NCBI GenBank assembly: GCA_964230555.1
Contig: CAXRIX010000178.1
Location: 141-64,140, forward strand
DNA: 64,000 nt
Direction: 5' to 3'
From: Bdellovibrionales bacterium
GTDB lineage: Bacteria > Bdellovibrionota > Bdellovibrionia > Bdellovibrionales > JAGQZY01
The notes under the pieces are model-generated. The model did no database searches and was not told the origin of the DNA. It was given only the letters and a program-made list of their open reading frames with translations. Shown in pieces: positions 27,803 to 37,912 of this stretch. Every line of letters begins with the position of its first letter. Position 1 is the stretch's first letter. A program made the position numbers and the translations under genes.

Positions 27803-29017
27803 ATGAAGAATTTTGCTGATGTCCATTTGCCTGTCACCCTTGCCCATTCTTTGGAGCAAATAAACTTTCACGAGCCCACGGATATTCAATCCAAAGCGAT
27901 TCCAATCCTCCTTGAAGGTAAAGACTTGATGGCCTGTGCAGAGACCGGTTCAGGAAAAACCGGAGCTTATCTTATCCCGATGTTAAAAAATCTGATCGAA
28001 GATCCCCATTCGCAAGGACTAATTTTGGCGCCCACTCGCGAGTTGGCACAGCAGATTTCCGAGTTTCTAAAAAAACTAATGCCTGATGAAAGAACGTTTC
28101 ACACCACACGCTTGGTCGGTGGCCAAGACATTCGTAAGCAGTTCAAGTCGTTACAAAGAAAGCCACGGGTGGTGGTGGCTACACCTGGTCGTTTGATCGA
28201 TCACCTCAAGCGAAACACTGTTCAAATTCATAAAATGAATCACTTGGTGCTTGATGAGGGCGATCGTATGATTGACATGGGTTTTGCCCCTCAGCTTCAG
28301 CAAATCCTAAAGTTTCTTCCGAAAGACAGGCAAACCTCGTTTTTTACAGCGACTCTTGATGATAAAGTCAAATCACTTGCTAAGCAGTATCTGAATAAAC
28401 CCGTGACCTTGACACTGAACAATTCACGTCCTGTGGCAAAGATTAAACAAACCATCGTTCAGGTGGAGTTTAAAGATAAAGACGAATGCGTTGTTGAAGA
28501 GTTAAACACCCGCAGTGGTTCAATTATTGTCTTTTTAAAAACCAAGCATCGCACCGATCGATTGAAACAGTATTTGTCGGACTATGGCTTTGCTGTTGAC
28601 TTGATCCATGGCGGACGGACCCAAGGGCAAAGAAACCGAGCCATCAATAGTTTTAAAAAAGGTAAAACCCGTATTCTGTGTGCCACCGATGTTGCCGCCC
28701 GGGGTATCGATGTTCCCCATGTCGAGCATGTCATTAATTTTGATTTGCCGATGCAAGATGAAGATTATGTTCATCGTATTGGCCGTACCGCCCGGAATGG
28801 CGCTGAAGGCGAAGCCATCAGCTTTGTGACGCCGCAAGAGCATCGCGACTGGAACCGTATTGCTAAAAAATATGAGATCCCTGATCTTCTTCCTGAAAGC
28901 TCGAAAAAAGATCGTAAGCCCCGTAAAAAAGGCGGATTTCGTAAAAAAGGCGGTAAGCCTTCTTTTGGCGGTAAAGGTCGCAAAAAGAAAAAAAGCTTTC
29001 GACGCGCTCGCGCCTAA
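27803..29017 (+). CDS. DEAD-box ATP-dependent RNA helicase with a basic C-terminal tail
   Basis: Q-motif region. AETGSGKT (motif I), PTRELA, VLDEGDRM (motif II, reads DEGD), TAT (motif III), HRIGRTAR (motif VI). KKGGFRKKGGK tail. Confidence 0.95.
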   Translation: MKNFADVHLPVTLAHSLEQINFHEPTDIQSKAIPILLEGKDLMACAETGSGKTGAYLIPMLKNLIEDPHSQGLILAPTRELAQQISEFLKKLMPDERTFHTTRLVGGQDIRKQFKSLQRKPRVVVATPGRLIDHLKRNTVQIHKMNHLVLDEGDRMIDMGFAPQLQQILKFLPKDRQTSFFTATLDDKVKSLAKQYLNKPVTLTLNNSRPVAKIKQTIVQVEFKDKDECVVEELNTRSGSIIVFLKTKHRTDRLKQYLSDYGFAVDLIHGGRTQGQRNRAINSFKKGKTRILCATDVAARGIDVPHVEHVINFDLPMQDEDYVHRIGRTARNGAEGEAISFVTPQEHRDWNRIAKKYEIPDLLPESSKKDRKPRKKGGFRKKGGKPSFGGKGRKKKKSFRRARA

Positions 29018-29255
29018 TTGCTTTAATTAATCTGTTAATCGAGACGCTTACATCAACGGAAGGAACTCCTCGCCGCCGTTGAAAGTCAAATGACTTTGAA
29101 TCTGAAAACTAACCATAGATGGCTCGTTTGGTAACTCGAAATGTTTTGAGTTCTGAATATATTTTTGTTTATTCTATGTGTGCGGGTTCGTGGCCTCCCT
29201 GTTTTACACGGCAGTGGTCTGTCGTAAGGACGTGATAGGAAAAATTAAAGGGCCA

Positions 29256-29882
29256 ATGAAGCGTTCTCTGCATGGGGGAAAATTGCGAGCATTTATATTT
29301 ATTCTGGTGTTGATACCAAATGGGGTTTTCGGACAAGCGGCCACCGTCGATGAAAATCAATTCTTTGTGGGGGGCACGTGGACGTGGGCTTATTCTCAGC
29401 AGAGTTCATCCGAAACAACCTGGGAAGCCCCCTATCTGTATGAGACTTACCAGGTGGTACAGGTGGAAAAGTCTAAAGTGACCATCGAAATGTCGAGTCG
29501 TAGCGATTGGAAAAATGGCAGTGCCACGGAGCCTCATCATAAGTTTGTTGTTGATATTAAGCAGTGCCTGAAAAGGGGAAAGTCGCTGGCTCAACTCAGG
29601 AGATTAAAGATTCAGTTTTTTACCAAGAGTTTTGGAAATGGATGGCAACTGGTGAGCAAAAACCATAAAGCTTTGGCTTTTACCGAAAAATTCAATTGCT
29701 TCCAAAACACCACGCATCCGCAAATGATAGATTCGATAGATTTAATTGAAAAAAATCTTCCCATCGTGAAATTTGAGAACTACTTCACAGACTCTTGGTA
29801 CCTAAGCGCGATGGATCATCCTTTGGCAGGAGTGATGATACGCAGACTTGCTGGTGATATTTTAGTCGAATTCGTCGAATAG
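29256..29882 (+). CDS. hypothetical secreted protein
   Basis: An internal ATG gives MKRSLHGGKLRAFIFILVLIPNGVFGQA. No family recognised. Confidence 0.45.
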   Translation: MKRSLHGGKLRAFIFILVLIPNGVFGQAATVDENQFFVGGTWTWAYSQQSSSETTWEAPYLYETYQVVQVEKSKVTIEMSSRSDWKNGSATEPHHKFVVDIKQCLKRGKSLAQLRRLKIQFFTKSFGNGWQLVSKNHKALAFTEKFNCFQNTTHPQMIDSIDLIEKNLPIVKFENYFTDSWYLSAMDHPLAGVMIRRLAGDILVEFVE

Positions 29883-30146
29883 ACTGGTGCTCGCGGTCTT
29901 GCAATCAAATGATGGCTTTTTTTTCGCAAGAATAAGGGCAAAACAGTGTGGCTAGAGTTTTAGTTCCTTTCAACGTGGCATTCATACAGCAAAAATGGGA
30001 AGCGTGAGAAGTTGAGTCAAGGTTGTTTGAATTATTGAGTGTGTAGAAAAGATCAAATTCTTTAATGGTTCAGTTGACGAATTCCAAGACATCTTTGGGT
30101 ATACCTAGAGCTGTTGATTAACTTAACTAATATAAAGGAGTTTACA

Positions 30147-30305
30147 GTGAACGAAGAAAAAGCAGAAGGTAAGAAAGACCAAGCTAAAGGATCATTGAAA
30201 AAGGCTTATGGAGAAATGACCGGAAACGATTCAAAAAAAGTTGAAGGTGAAGTCGATAAGCAAAAAGGTAAGGCCAAAGAGGCTTACGGCGATCTTAAAG
30301 ATTAA
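30147..30305 (+). CDS. CsbD-family general stress protein
   Basis: GTG start 7 nt after an AAGGAG RBS. CsbD repeats KGSLKKAYGEMTGND and KQKGKAKEAYGDLKD. Confidence 0.85.
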   Translation: MNEEKAEGKKDQAKGSLKKAYGEMTGNDSKKVEGEVDKQKGKAKEAYGDLKD

Positions 30306-30331
30306 GCTCTATAAAAATTTAAAAAGAAAAT

Positions 30332-30361
30332 AGGCAGTCGAGGACGACTGCCTTTTTTTTA
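30332..30361 (+). terminator. rho-independent terminator
   Basis: AGGCAGTCG-AGGA-CGACTGCCT followed by T8. Confidence 0.85.
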
Positions 30362-30553
30362 TATTAGATATGCCATGACTGCAGTCTTTCAGATATCCAA
30401 ACTTATAGGAATGAATGAAATTTCACCAGCACATCGACTAAGGGCTAGCTAGGTGCGTGCCATTTCAGAAACTGCCCTATTAATAAATCATATAATCATT
30501 GGAGTCTTAATTTCCTTGTATTAGACTTGAATCATTTCGTACCAGGGGGATTC

Positions 30554-31066
30554 ATGCTTCGATATTCGGCGATCATATTATTACTTTTCCTAAGCGCATG
30601 CGATACCAATGTGCATCCCAGTATCTACGTCTATAAATCCCAGGTTTACACTTCCAATGAGGTCGCGGAATTTGAAGTGGACCACTATAAAACCTTTGGG
30701 AATTCCAATTTTTTAGTCATCGACGATGAAAACAGTGCAAAGGATCTTGAACGCAAACAGGCCATCGATGAGCTCTGCCAGGAGTACCAGGTCACATGTT
30801 CAAAGCTGGATATGTCGCAAAAAAATGATCAGACTCTCTTTGATATCGTCAAAGCTTATCAAAAATATGGAGACCAGAAGTTCTTCGTCTTCTCACCAAG
30901 CCGAGAGACCACGGCTCGCTTCGCAGGAACCGTCAATCGACTTCTTCATCGAGGCAACGAAAAATCCATTGATGTTATTCTAAAATCCAACGGCATCGAA
31001 GATGCTCAACCACTGAAAGATTATCTAATGGGCCTTAAAAAGCTTGAGGGTATAAAAAAACAGTAA
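30554..31066 (+). CDS. hypothetical lipoprotein
   Basis: MLRYSAIILLLFLSAC|D lipobox after an AGGGGGA RBS. Confidence 0.5.
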   Translation: MLRYSAIILLLFLSACDTNVHPSIYVYKSQVYTSNEVAEFEVDHYKTFGNSNFLVIDDENSAKDLERKQAIDELCQEYQVTCSKLDMSQKNDQTLFDIVKAYQKYGDQKFFVFSPSRETTARFAGTVNRLLHRGNEKSIDVILKSNGIEDAQPLKDYLMGLKKLEGIKKQ

Positions 31067-31264
31067 ACAGTGGACCTTTCTAAGATTATTTGTAAGGTTT
31101 GGCTGCGAGATTTTTGAAGGCCTGGTCCGTCGGTCCCCTTGTAGTGAATAATTCTTAAACACCAAAACCTTTACAGTCCTTACTTTTTTACAGGTAACCG
31201 GGTGATTTCAGTAACTTGTGGAATTTTATGGTAGAAAAGTCTCAAGGATATATGGGAGTCGATC

Positions 31265-31621
31265 GTGATCAAAATTCTTTTTGGAATAATCGTTATTTTT
31301 GTATCGTCTTTCGCATCAGCCAATGATTGTGAAAGACAAGCGCGTTACGCCGCAATTGCGGCTTCGGAAGCTGCCTACGTGGCTGAGGTGAACGGAGAGG
31401 TCGCGTCTTTTCGTGTCGCTACGGGTGGGTACTTCACGCGTAAGCATTCTGGTTCACAGGCTATTGAAACCAGTGATGGACAGTCGGGCCGTCGCCTTAT
31501 TTATGACCTTTATGCGCAGTCCACAGCGGGTGATGTGTTCACAGCTCAGATTATGGTCGATGCGATCGGATCGGGTGCCGCCCAATATTGTTCCATTGTG
31601 AACGTGCGCTTTATCGATTGA
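31265..31621 (+). CDS. hypothetical small secreted protein
   Basis: 118 aa with a GTG start. Signal peptide IKILFGIIVIFVSSFASA. Confidence 0.45.
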   Translation: MIKILFGIIVIFVSSFASANDCERQARYAAIAASEAAYVAEVNGEVASFRVATGGYFTRKHSGSQAIETSDGQSGRRLIYDLYAQSTAGDVFTAQIMVDAIGSGAAQYCSIVNVRFID

Positions 31622-31804
31622 TAAAGTGCCAATCTCTAAAGAAATTACTGACCTTCAAATCCTCTGATTTATAAAATATTTAGGAGCCAATAGGCATTGT
31701 TTTAGTTCTTCCGCGCTTGGGGTAGACCCAAGCTAAGCGGGGGACTCAGTATTCTATATCTCATCTTCATCATTTTTTCGGTTTTTACCTCAGCCGCCCA
31801 TGAG

Positions 31805-32884
31805 ATGGCGTTTAAAAAGGTTTGGCCCTTGCAGCCCTCTCAGGCTCAGCCTTATCAATTAGACGTTAGCATTTATATTTCCGAGAAAAGCCAATGGCAG
31901 GAACATGAAATTCAAGAGCGCTTAATACGAGCCAACAGGGCCCTTGCCACTTGCAATGTCGGTGTACAAAATGTTTACGTCCATGACTGGTTACCTTCGC
32001 AAGAAAAACTGCGGGTCGATGACTACGTGTCTGAGGAACGGCACTACGATGGAATTCGACATGCGGCTTTAAAAGCTAAGCAGGTGGCTCCTATCAAACT
32101 TTTTTATTTTTCAACTTACCTTGAGAATTTCACCAGTGGACCGGCTCTGCCTTTGGCTCTGTACCCGGACCCCAATATTGAACCCGTGGCTTTTAACACA
32201 GCTTGGTTTCCCTATCAGTCGGCGCAACGATTGCGGACAGGAGCGGCAAGCTCCTACAGTGAGGAAGCCCATGAACTGGGTCACATCCTCCTTCAAGTCG
32301 GACATGATCACAGCGGCCAAGCCAATATCATGGCCAACGACTCCCAGAAACGGGCGCCCTATTTTACAAAGGCTCAATGTTCTCAAATTATCAATCACCC
32401 CAGTGTGATCCAAAACTTAAGGCAGCGCTTGTTTCCTTTATTTGCAAGTTACCACCAGCGCTATGGTATTGATTTCTATATGAACGACTGGTGTTCTCGT
32501 AATACCTTAAATTTAAGTCAAGCCATCGCCGGGCTCTTTGATTGGGATATTTTACAAGCGCGAACTGTCTACGCTATTCACCAAATCGAAGGCCAGTCGA
32601 TTCGACCTCAACGGGCCCGCAAATCAAAAGTCGGTTGGAAGTTTCATGCCTTTTTACTGATCGATGGTTATGTTTTGGATCTTGATTATGGAAAGTCTCC
32701 CCAGATCGTTGAGGTGGATGAGTATCTGCAAGCGATGTTTGGTGATCAGGCTCAGGACCTGAAATTTCAGTTGCGTGATCCTTTGGATGCGTCAACGATC
32801 ACTTATCTTGAGGTTAAAAAGAGTTTTGAGGCTAATGAAAGTCGCGTGATCTCGGCGGCGGCCCTCGTGGACTCTCAAATCTGA
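31805..32884 (+). CDS. hypothetical protein with an HExxH motif (possible zinc metallopeptidase)
   Basis: 359 aa. Motif EEAHELGHILLQVGHDH. The start is uncertain (see finding on 31706-31807). Confidence 0.5.
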   Translation: MAFKKVWPLQPSQAQPYQLDVSIYISEKSQWQEHEIQERLIRANRALATCNVGVQNVYVHDWLPSQEKLRVDDYVSEERHYDGIRHAALKAKQVAPIKLFYFSTYLENFTSGPALPLALYPDPNIEPVAFNTAWFPYQSAQRLRTGAASSYSEEAHELGHILLQVGHDHSGQANIMANDSQKRAPYFTKAQCSQIINHPSVIQNLRQRLFPLFASYHQRYGIDFYMNDWCSRNTLNLSQAIAGLFDWDILQARTVYAIHQIEGQSIRPQRARKSKVGWKFHAFLLIDGYVLDLDYGKSPQIVEVDEYLQAMFGDQAQDLKFQLRDPLDASTITYLEVKKSFEANESRVISAAALVDSQI

Positions 32885-32910
32885 AAACTGATATCTGTGC
32901 TCAGAGGTCA

Positions 32911-32989
32911 GATATCGGATCTCAAATCTCTAAACTCAGGCCTCAGACCAGACTCCAGCTACTGAATCTCAGCCATCAGATCCGATATC
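32911..32989. repeat. 12-bp perfect inverted repeat GATATCGGATCT / AGATCCGATATC separated by 55 nt, plus tandem GATATCC GATATCC
   Basis: Read directly in the convergent intergenic region. Confidence 0.7.
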
Positions 32990-33023
32990 CGATATCCTAT
33001 ATCTGAAAAGATAATCGTCCGGC

Positions 33024-33035
33024 GGGGGGGGGGGG
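33024..33035. repeat. homopolymeric G12 tract
   Basis: Counted directly: 12 consecutive G, intergenic, between two convergent gene ends. Confidence 0.9.
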
Positions 33036-33068
33036 CGCAACACCAGGTCCTGGTTTTTATTTGTAGTT

Positions 33069-33263
33069 TTAGTAGTGGGGTGGCGGGACCTCAAGGCTCG
33101 GGTCTTTTAAATTGGCGTCGTCCAGAATCTCGATCATCTTCTTATTCTGCGATTCCATTTTTTCCACTTTTTTTCGCAGTTCGATGACCACCTTGTTCAG
33201 GTCCTCAATGATTTGGTCTTGAAATGAAATGCGAATTTCTAGATCGTTTAATCGTTCTTCCAT
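33069..33263 (-). CDS. slyX: SlyX family protein
   Basis: 64 aa. LNDLEIRISFQDQIIEDLNKVV and the C-terminal PPPHY match the E. coli SlyX pattern. Confidence 0.85.
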   Translation of the reverse strand: MEERLNDLEIRISFQDQIIEDLNKVVIELRKKVEKMESQNKKMIEILDDANLKDPSLEVPPPHY

Positions 33264-33422
33264 AGGATCTTTCTAGCACTCTTCCTCAAGGGGGGTAAGA
33301 GATCGGGGTGGCATTGAAAAAACAACAGGATGGAAGACGCTGTTCGGGTGCCAAGGGTTGAATATTTTTGAGTTTTATACTACCTCTTAGGCTCAAACCC
33401 ATGAAAATAAGGATATCTATCC

Positions 33423-35018
33423 ATGATCAGTACAACGGACTTAGGATTGAAGTATGGCAGTCGAACGCTGTTTGAGGATGTGAATGTCAAATTCACCCCC
33501 GGAAACTGCTATGGTTTAATTGGGGCCAACGGTGCCGGTAAGTCCACATTTTTAAAAATTCTATCAGGGGATGTTGATTCCACTACGGGCACTGTTCAAA
33601 AAGATCGGAAACTGCGACTGTCATTTCTAAAACAGGATCAAAACGCCTATGACGAGCATACGGTTCTGGATACCGTTTTAATGGGCAATGAGCGCCTTCA
33701 CTCGATCATGAAAGAGCGTGAGGCCATCTATGCCAAGCCGGATTTTTCGGAGGAGGATGGTATTAAGTCAGCGGAGTTGGAGTCGGAGTTCGCCGATATG
33801 AACGGCTACGAAGCCGAATCCGAGGCGGGTATCCTGCTTGCTGGTTTAGGTATTCCGGCCGAAGACAATGAAAAGCTGATGAAGGATTTGGACGGCAGCC
33901 AGAAGGTTAAGGTTTTGTTGGCGCAAGCGCTTTTTGGTCAGCCCGATATCTTGCTTTTAGATGAGCCCACCAACCATCTTGATGTGTTTGCCATTCAATG
34001 GTTGGAGGACTTTCTTATGTCCTTTGAAAGCACGGTTATTGTGGTGAGCCACGATCGTCATTTTATGAACCGAGTCTGTACTCACATTGCTGACATCGAC
34101 TTTGCAAAAATAAAAACCTACGCCGGGAACTACGAATTTTGGCAACGCTCCTGTGAGTTAAGCCGACGTATGCAATCCGAGCAAAATAAAAAGAATGAAG
34201 CCAAGGCCGAAGAGTTAAAAAAGTTTATCGCCCGATTCAGTGCCAATGCTTCCAAGTCCAAGCAGGCCACCTCAAGACAGAAACAACTAGAAAAATTAGA
34301 ACTGGGTGACATGCCGGTCTCATCCCGTCGGTATCCGTTCGTGGGGTTTGATTCGGAACGAGAGGCCGGCAACGACATCCTCATCACTGAAAACCTCAGT
34401 AAAACCAGTGAAGGCGAAACTCTTTTAAAAGATATTAATTTTCGGGTTGAAAAGGGCGATAAGATTGCCTTTGTAAACAAGAACGATGTGGCAACCACCG
34501 CTCTCTTTGATATTCTCGCCGGCGAAGTAAAACCGGATTCTGGCGGCTTCAGTTGGGGGGTGACAATCACCACCAGTTATTTTCCAAGCGACAACTCGAA
34601 GTATTTTGAAGGGTGTGAGGACACTTTGATCGACTGGCTTCGCCAGTTTTCTACCGAGAAAGACGAATCTTTTATTCGGGGTTTTCTAGGGAAAATGCTT
34701 TTTAGTAAAGATGAGGCCCTTAAAAAAGCAAAAGTTTTGTCAGGCGGCGAGCGCGTTCGCTGTATGCTAGCCAAAATGATGCTGTCAGGGGCGAATGTCT
34801 TGATTCTTGATCATCCCACAGCCCACTTGGATTTGGAGTCGGTCACGGCTTTGAACGATGGTTTGGCTCGCTTTGATGGCACGGTTCTGTTTGCCTCACA
34901 GGATCACGAGTTTGTTCAAACCATCGCCAACCGAATCATCCATATTGATGAAACCGTTAAGTTCGACGATTCCACAACTTATGATGAGTTCTTAGAGAGC
35001 CAAAAACCAAAAAGCTAA
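33423..35018 (+). CDS. ABC-F family ATPase (two ABC domains, no TM domain; YbiT/EttA-like)
   Basis: 531 aa. Walker A GANGAGKST. Signatures LDGSQKVKV and LSGGERVR. Walker B LLLDEPTNHLD and LILDHPTAHLD. Charged interdomain linker. Confidence 0.95.
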   Translation: MISTTDLGLKYGSRTLFEDVNVKFTPGNCYGLIGANGAGKSTFLKILSGDVDSTTGTVQKDRKLRLSFLKQDQNAYDEHTVLDTVLMGNERLHSIMKEREAIYAKPDFSEEDGIKSAELESEFADMNGYEAESEAGILLAGLGIPAEDNEKLMKDLDGSQKVKVLLAQALFGQPDILLLDEPTNHLDVFAIQWLEDFLMSFESTVIVVSHDRHFMNRVCTHIADIDFAKIKTYAGNYEFWQRSCELSRRMQSEQNKKNEAKAEELKKFIARFSANASKSKQATSRQKQLEKLELGDMPVSSRRYPFVGFDSEREAGNDILITENLSKTSEGETLLKDINFRVEKGDKIAFVNKNDVATTALFDILAGEVKPDSGGFSWGVTITTSYFPSDNSKYFEGCEDTLIDWLRQFSTEKDESFIRGFLGKMLFSKDEALKKAKVLSGGERVRCMLAKMMLSGANVLILDHPTAHLDLESVTALNDGLARFDGTVLFASQDHEFVQTIANRIIHIDETVKFDDSTTYDEFLESQKPKS

Positions 35019-35105
35019 ATTTTAAATCTCAATACCAGGACTTATCCCACTGTTGAAGCCGAAGAGGAGTTGGCGAGTCCATTAAGACGGATCCTGGCAA
35101 TAAGG

Positions 35106-36350
35106 TTATCCAGAGACCATGCTTTGGGCGGCGAGCCAACCGGTGGTCCAAGCATTCTGAAAATTGAAGCCGCCGGTGATACCATCGACATCTAAAATTT
35201 CTCCAGCAAAGTAAACACCGGGAGCCTTTTTGCTTTCCATTGTTTTAAAATTAATTTCTTTTAATGAAACTCCACCACACTCGACAAACTCATCTTTAAA
35301 ACGGTTTTGTCCTTGAATTTCAAACTCACATTGGGTGAGGTTCTGGAAAATTCGTTGCAATTCCTTTTTCGAAACATTGGCCCACTGTTTATCGACATCC
35401 AGTTGCAACACATTCAACAACTGCAACCAAAATCTTTTTGCCAACACCGTTGGATAGGCATTTTTAATTTGGGTTTTGCCATTCTCAGCTTTAATTGTCT
35501 GCAGGGTTTCCAAAACATGGGTCTTGTCTTGGTCGGCGACCCAGTTAACGACTAAGATGGCCCGGTAGTCCGCTTTCTTCATTTCACGAGCCGCCCAAGC
35601 CGACAATTTTAAAATGCCAGGGCCACTCAGACCCCAGTGAGTTATTAAAGTGGGGCCGTTTTGCTTAAAACTTTTTTGATTAGGAATTTTCAATTGCAGT
35701 GATGTGTTGGGAAAGCTGAGACCCTGAAGGTCGGCTAGAAGGGGGTGGGAGATTTTGAAACTGAATAGTGAAGGGGCTCTCTCCGTTATTTTATGTCCCA
35801 AGCTTCCAGCCAACTGGTAGCCCCGCTCAGCACTTCCTGTTGCAATTAAAATGCGGTCACAAGCGAACACGTCTTGTTGTTTGGTCACCAGTTCCCAGGC
35901 TTTCTCTGATCCTTGCCGAATCTCTTGGATAGGTGAACGGTCGACTGTCCGAATTGCCAATTTTTTTACCAAATCCAAATAAGTGGAAATTATGGTTTCC
36001 GAGCTGTTTGAAGTAGGGAACATTCGTCCATCCGACTCAGCGACCAGGTCGACACCTTGACGGGCAAACCAGGCCACCGTGTCCTGGGCTTGAAACTTTT
36101 GCATCGGAGACAGCAGTTCCCGTTGACCCCTTGGATAGTTTTCACAGAACTTTTGCACCTCAAACAGGTTGTGGGTGACGTTGCAGCGGCCGCCCCCTGA
36201 AATTCTGACTTTCTTTAGGAACTGATGGCCCGATTCAAAGATCGTAATTTTGACAGGGCGCTGTCGCTCTTGTGCGAAAAGTGCTGCATTGATAGCACAA
36301 AAAAATCCAGCGGCACCGCCGCCGACGATACCAATTTCCAAGGGTTCCAT
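35106..36350 (-). CDS. HI0933/BaiN-family NAD(P)/FAD-dependent oxidoreductase
   Basis: GIVGGGAAGFFCA dinucleotide fold. Family block ISGGGRCNVTHN. Probable start at MEPLEIGIVGGG. Confidence 0.85.
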   Translation of the reverse strand: MEPLEIGIVGGGAAGFFCAINAALFAQERQRPVKITIFESGHQFLKKVRISGGGRCNVTHNLFEVQKFCENYPRGQRELLSPMQKFQAQDTVAWFARQGVDLVAESDGRMFPTSNSSETIISTYLDLVKKLAIRTVDRSPIQEIRQGSEKAWELVTKQQDVFACDRILIATGSAERGYQLAGSLGHKITERAPSLFSFKISHPLLADLQGLSFPNTSLQLKIPNQKSFKQNGPTLITHWGLSGPGILKLSAWAAREMKKADYRAILVVNWVADQDKTHVLETLQTIKAENGKTQIKNAYPTVLAKRFWLQLLNVLQLDVDKQWANVSKKELQRIFQNLTQCEFEIQGQNRFKDEFVECGGVSLKEINFKTMESKKAPGVYFAGEILDVDGITGGFNFQNAWTTGWLAAQSMVSG

Positions 36351-36595
36351 GCTGGAAGTATGGCGCAAACAAGAAAGACTGTCGACTGAGAATCCAGGCA
36401 GCGGTCAAATTTTCAATTTTCCTATTGTTTTCAAACCAAAAAATAGAGAGGTCACTGACAGTTCATTGCGTTTCGAATCACCAGTTGATTTTTAGCTCAT
36501 CGATGCAGACGAAAGGTGAGCGAAACGCCCCTTCCAACGTCTGGTTTGCCTAAAAGACTATCAATAAAATAGGCAATTTCTCCGAACCATTCAGT

Positions 36596-37840
36596 ATGAA
36601 GGTTCGATTCGCTTGTCTATTATCTTTGTTTTTATTCCTGGGTTGTCAAAAGTCCCCCCAACAGCTTCCTGAGATTTCCGAAAACGATCTTCAGAAGGCA
36701 GCGGTAATCGAGCAAACTTTGCAAAGGGAAATTGAAAAAGGCGAACTTCTTGAAGCTTTGCAGACGGACGACGATGAGCTTCAGCAGAGAGGTTTTTTGG
36801 TGAGTCGCTTTATTAAAAAACTAATCGACTTAATTTTACCTGCGCATTTAGAACATTTTGATAGCAATCATGCCGGACTCAGTGAAAAACAAGAAACTTT
36901 TGTAGAGTACCGAGGTGTGTACGGACGTTGTCACCAGTTCCGTGTATTTTATAAGTATAAGGACTCTCGGGTCGAGAATGTTGAATGGGCCTCCTCGGTG
37001 TTGTCGGTGCCTGTGAAAGACAAAGCCAATATCAACGCGGGTGTGGTGCTAGCACCGACTCTTGATGGTTTCACACCATTTATCGAGTCCGGTCTTTGGT
37101 TGAAGCTGTGTCGAAAAGGTTTGGCCACATTGATGCCGGAATCGCTCTATCGCAAACAAGAAGGGCACTGGCAAAAACTCCATTTTGATCCGACACCTCC
37201 TTATAAAACAGTCGATGAGTTCAGTCTTTATGAGGAAAGTATTCAGCGCTATGAGTTTGTATTGAATAAAAACATTGAAATTCTTCGCTCTTTTGACAGT
37301 CTGATGACAGACCGTGATGATCGGTTGACTGACCTTAATGTTATGAATGTTGAACCACAACGTGTCGGTTTTTGGGGATCCAGTTTTGGCGCCGTGGTAG
37401 GAGCTTTGGTGGTGGCGAAAGACCCCAAGATCAAGGCCGCTGTTTTAACAGTGGGGGGTGGTGATCTTCCCTATGTGGTCTCACGCTCAAAAATTTCACT
37501 TTTTAAAAAGACACGACAAGCCCAGATGAAATTGCTTGGGATCCAGTCGATCAATGAATATGAAACCTTTATTTCGCAGTACTTACAGAGTGATCCTTTG
37601 AGATTTGCAAAAAAAACAGATGCCAAAAGACTCTATATGATCCTAGCCAAAAAAGACCGGTCGGTTCCGACAAAAGCTCAGTATGAGCTTTATCAAAAAT
37701 TTGGCCAGCCCGAGAACAGCCGTCTTCGCGCTGGCCACGTGCTCACTCTTCTTTTTACGTCCTGGTTTAATAGTGGGATCAGTCGACGATCGATCGATTC
37801 TTTAATTCAAAAACTCGAAAAGCAACCGCGCAAACAGTAG
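36596..37840 (+). CDS. lipoprotein, alpha/beta-hydrolase-like
   Basis: Lipobox LFLFLGC|Q. GxSxG-type nucleophile elbow FWGSSFGAVVG. Confidence 0.55.
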   Translation: MKVRFACLLSLFLFLGCQKSPQQLPEISENDLQKAAVIEQTLQREIEKGELLEALQTDDDELQQRGFLVSRFIKKLIDLILPAHLEHFDSNHAGLSEKQETFVEYRGVYGRCHQFRVFYKYKDSRVENVEWASSVLSVPVKDKANINAGVVLAPTLDGFTPFIESGLWLKLCRKGLATLMPESLYRKQEGHWQKLHFDPTPPYKTVDEFSLYEESIQRYEFVLNKNIEILRSFDSLMTDRDDRLTDLNVMNVEPQRVGFWGSSFGAVVGALVVAKDPKIKAAVLTVGGGDLPYVVSRSKISLFKKTRQAQMKLLGIQSINEYETFISQYLQSDPLRFAKKTDAKRLYMILAKKDRSVPTKAQYELYQKFGQPENSRLRAGHVLTLLFTSWFNSGISRRSIDSLIQKLEKQPRKQ

Positions 37841-37912
37841 AGCGGACCGCCAGTGCTTTGGACGTCGTCGCTCTTTAGGTATTTTTGATTTTATAAAAAA
37901 ATCTTTGATGCC

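Noticed and set aside
27803-29017. DEGD instead of DEAD in helicase motif II as a possible sign of inactivation
   Set aside because: All other helicase motifs are intact, and DExD variants are common in active family members.
30060-30105. SigB-type promoter (GTTTAA-N12-15-GGGTAT) upstream of csbD, suggested by GGGTAT at about 30096
   Set aside because: The only -35-like element (GTTGAC) is 18 nt away, outside the accepted spacing. A SigB-type sigma factor is not expected in this kind of Gram-negative.
32885-33000. Short repeated GATATC/ATCTGA motifs considered as a possible CRISPR array or mobile-element end
   Set aside because: There is no regular repeat-spacer periodicity, the repeats are under 15 bp, and no cas, transposase or integrase genes occur anywhere in the window.
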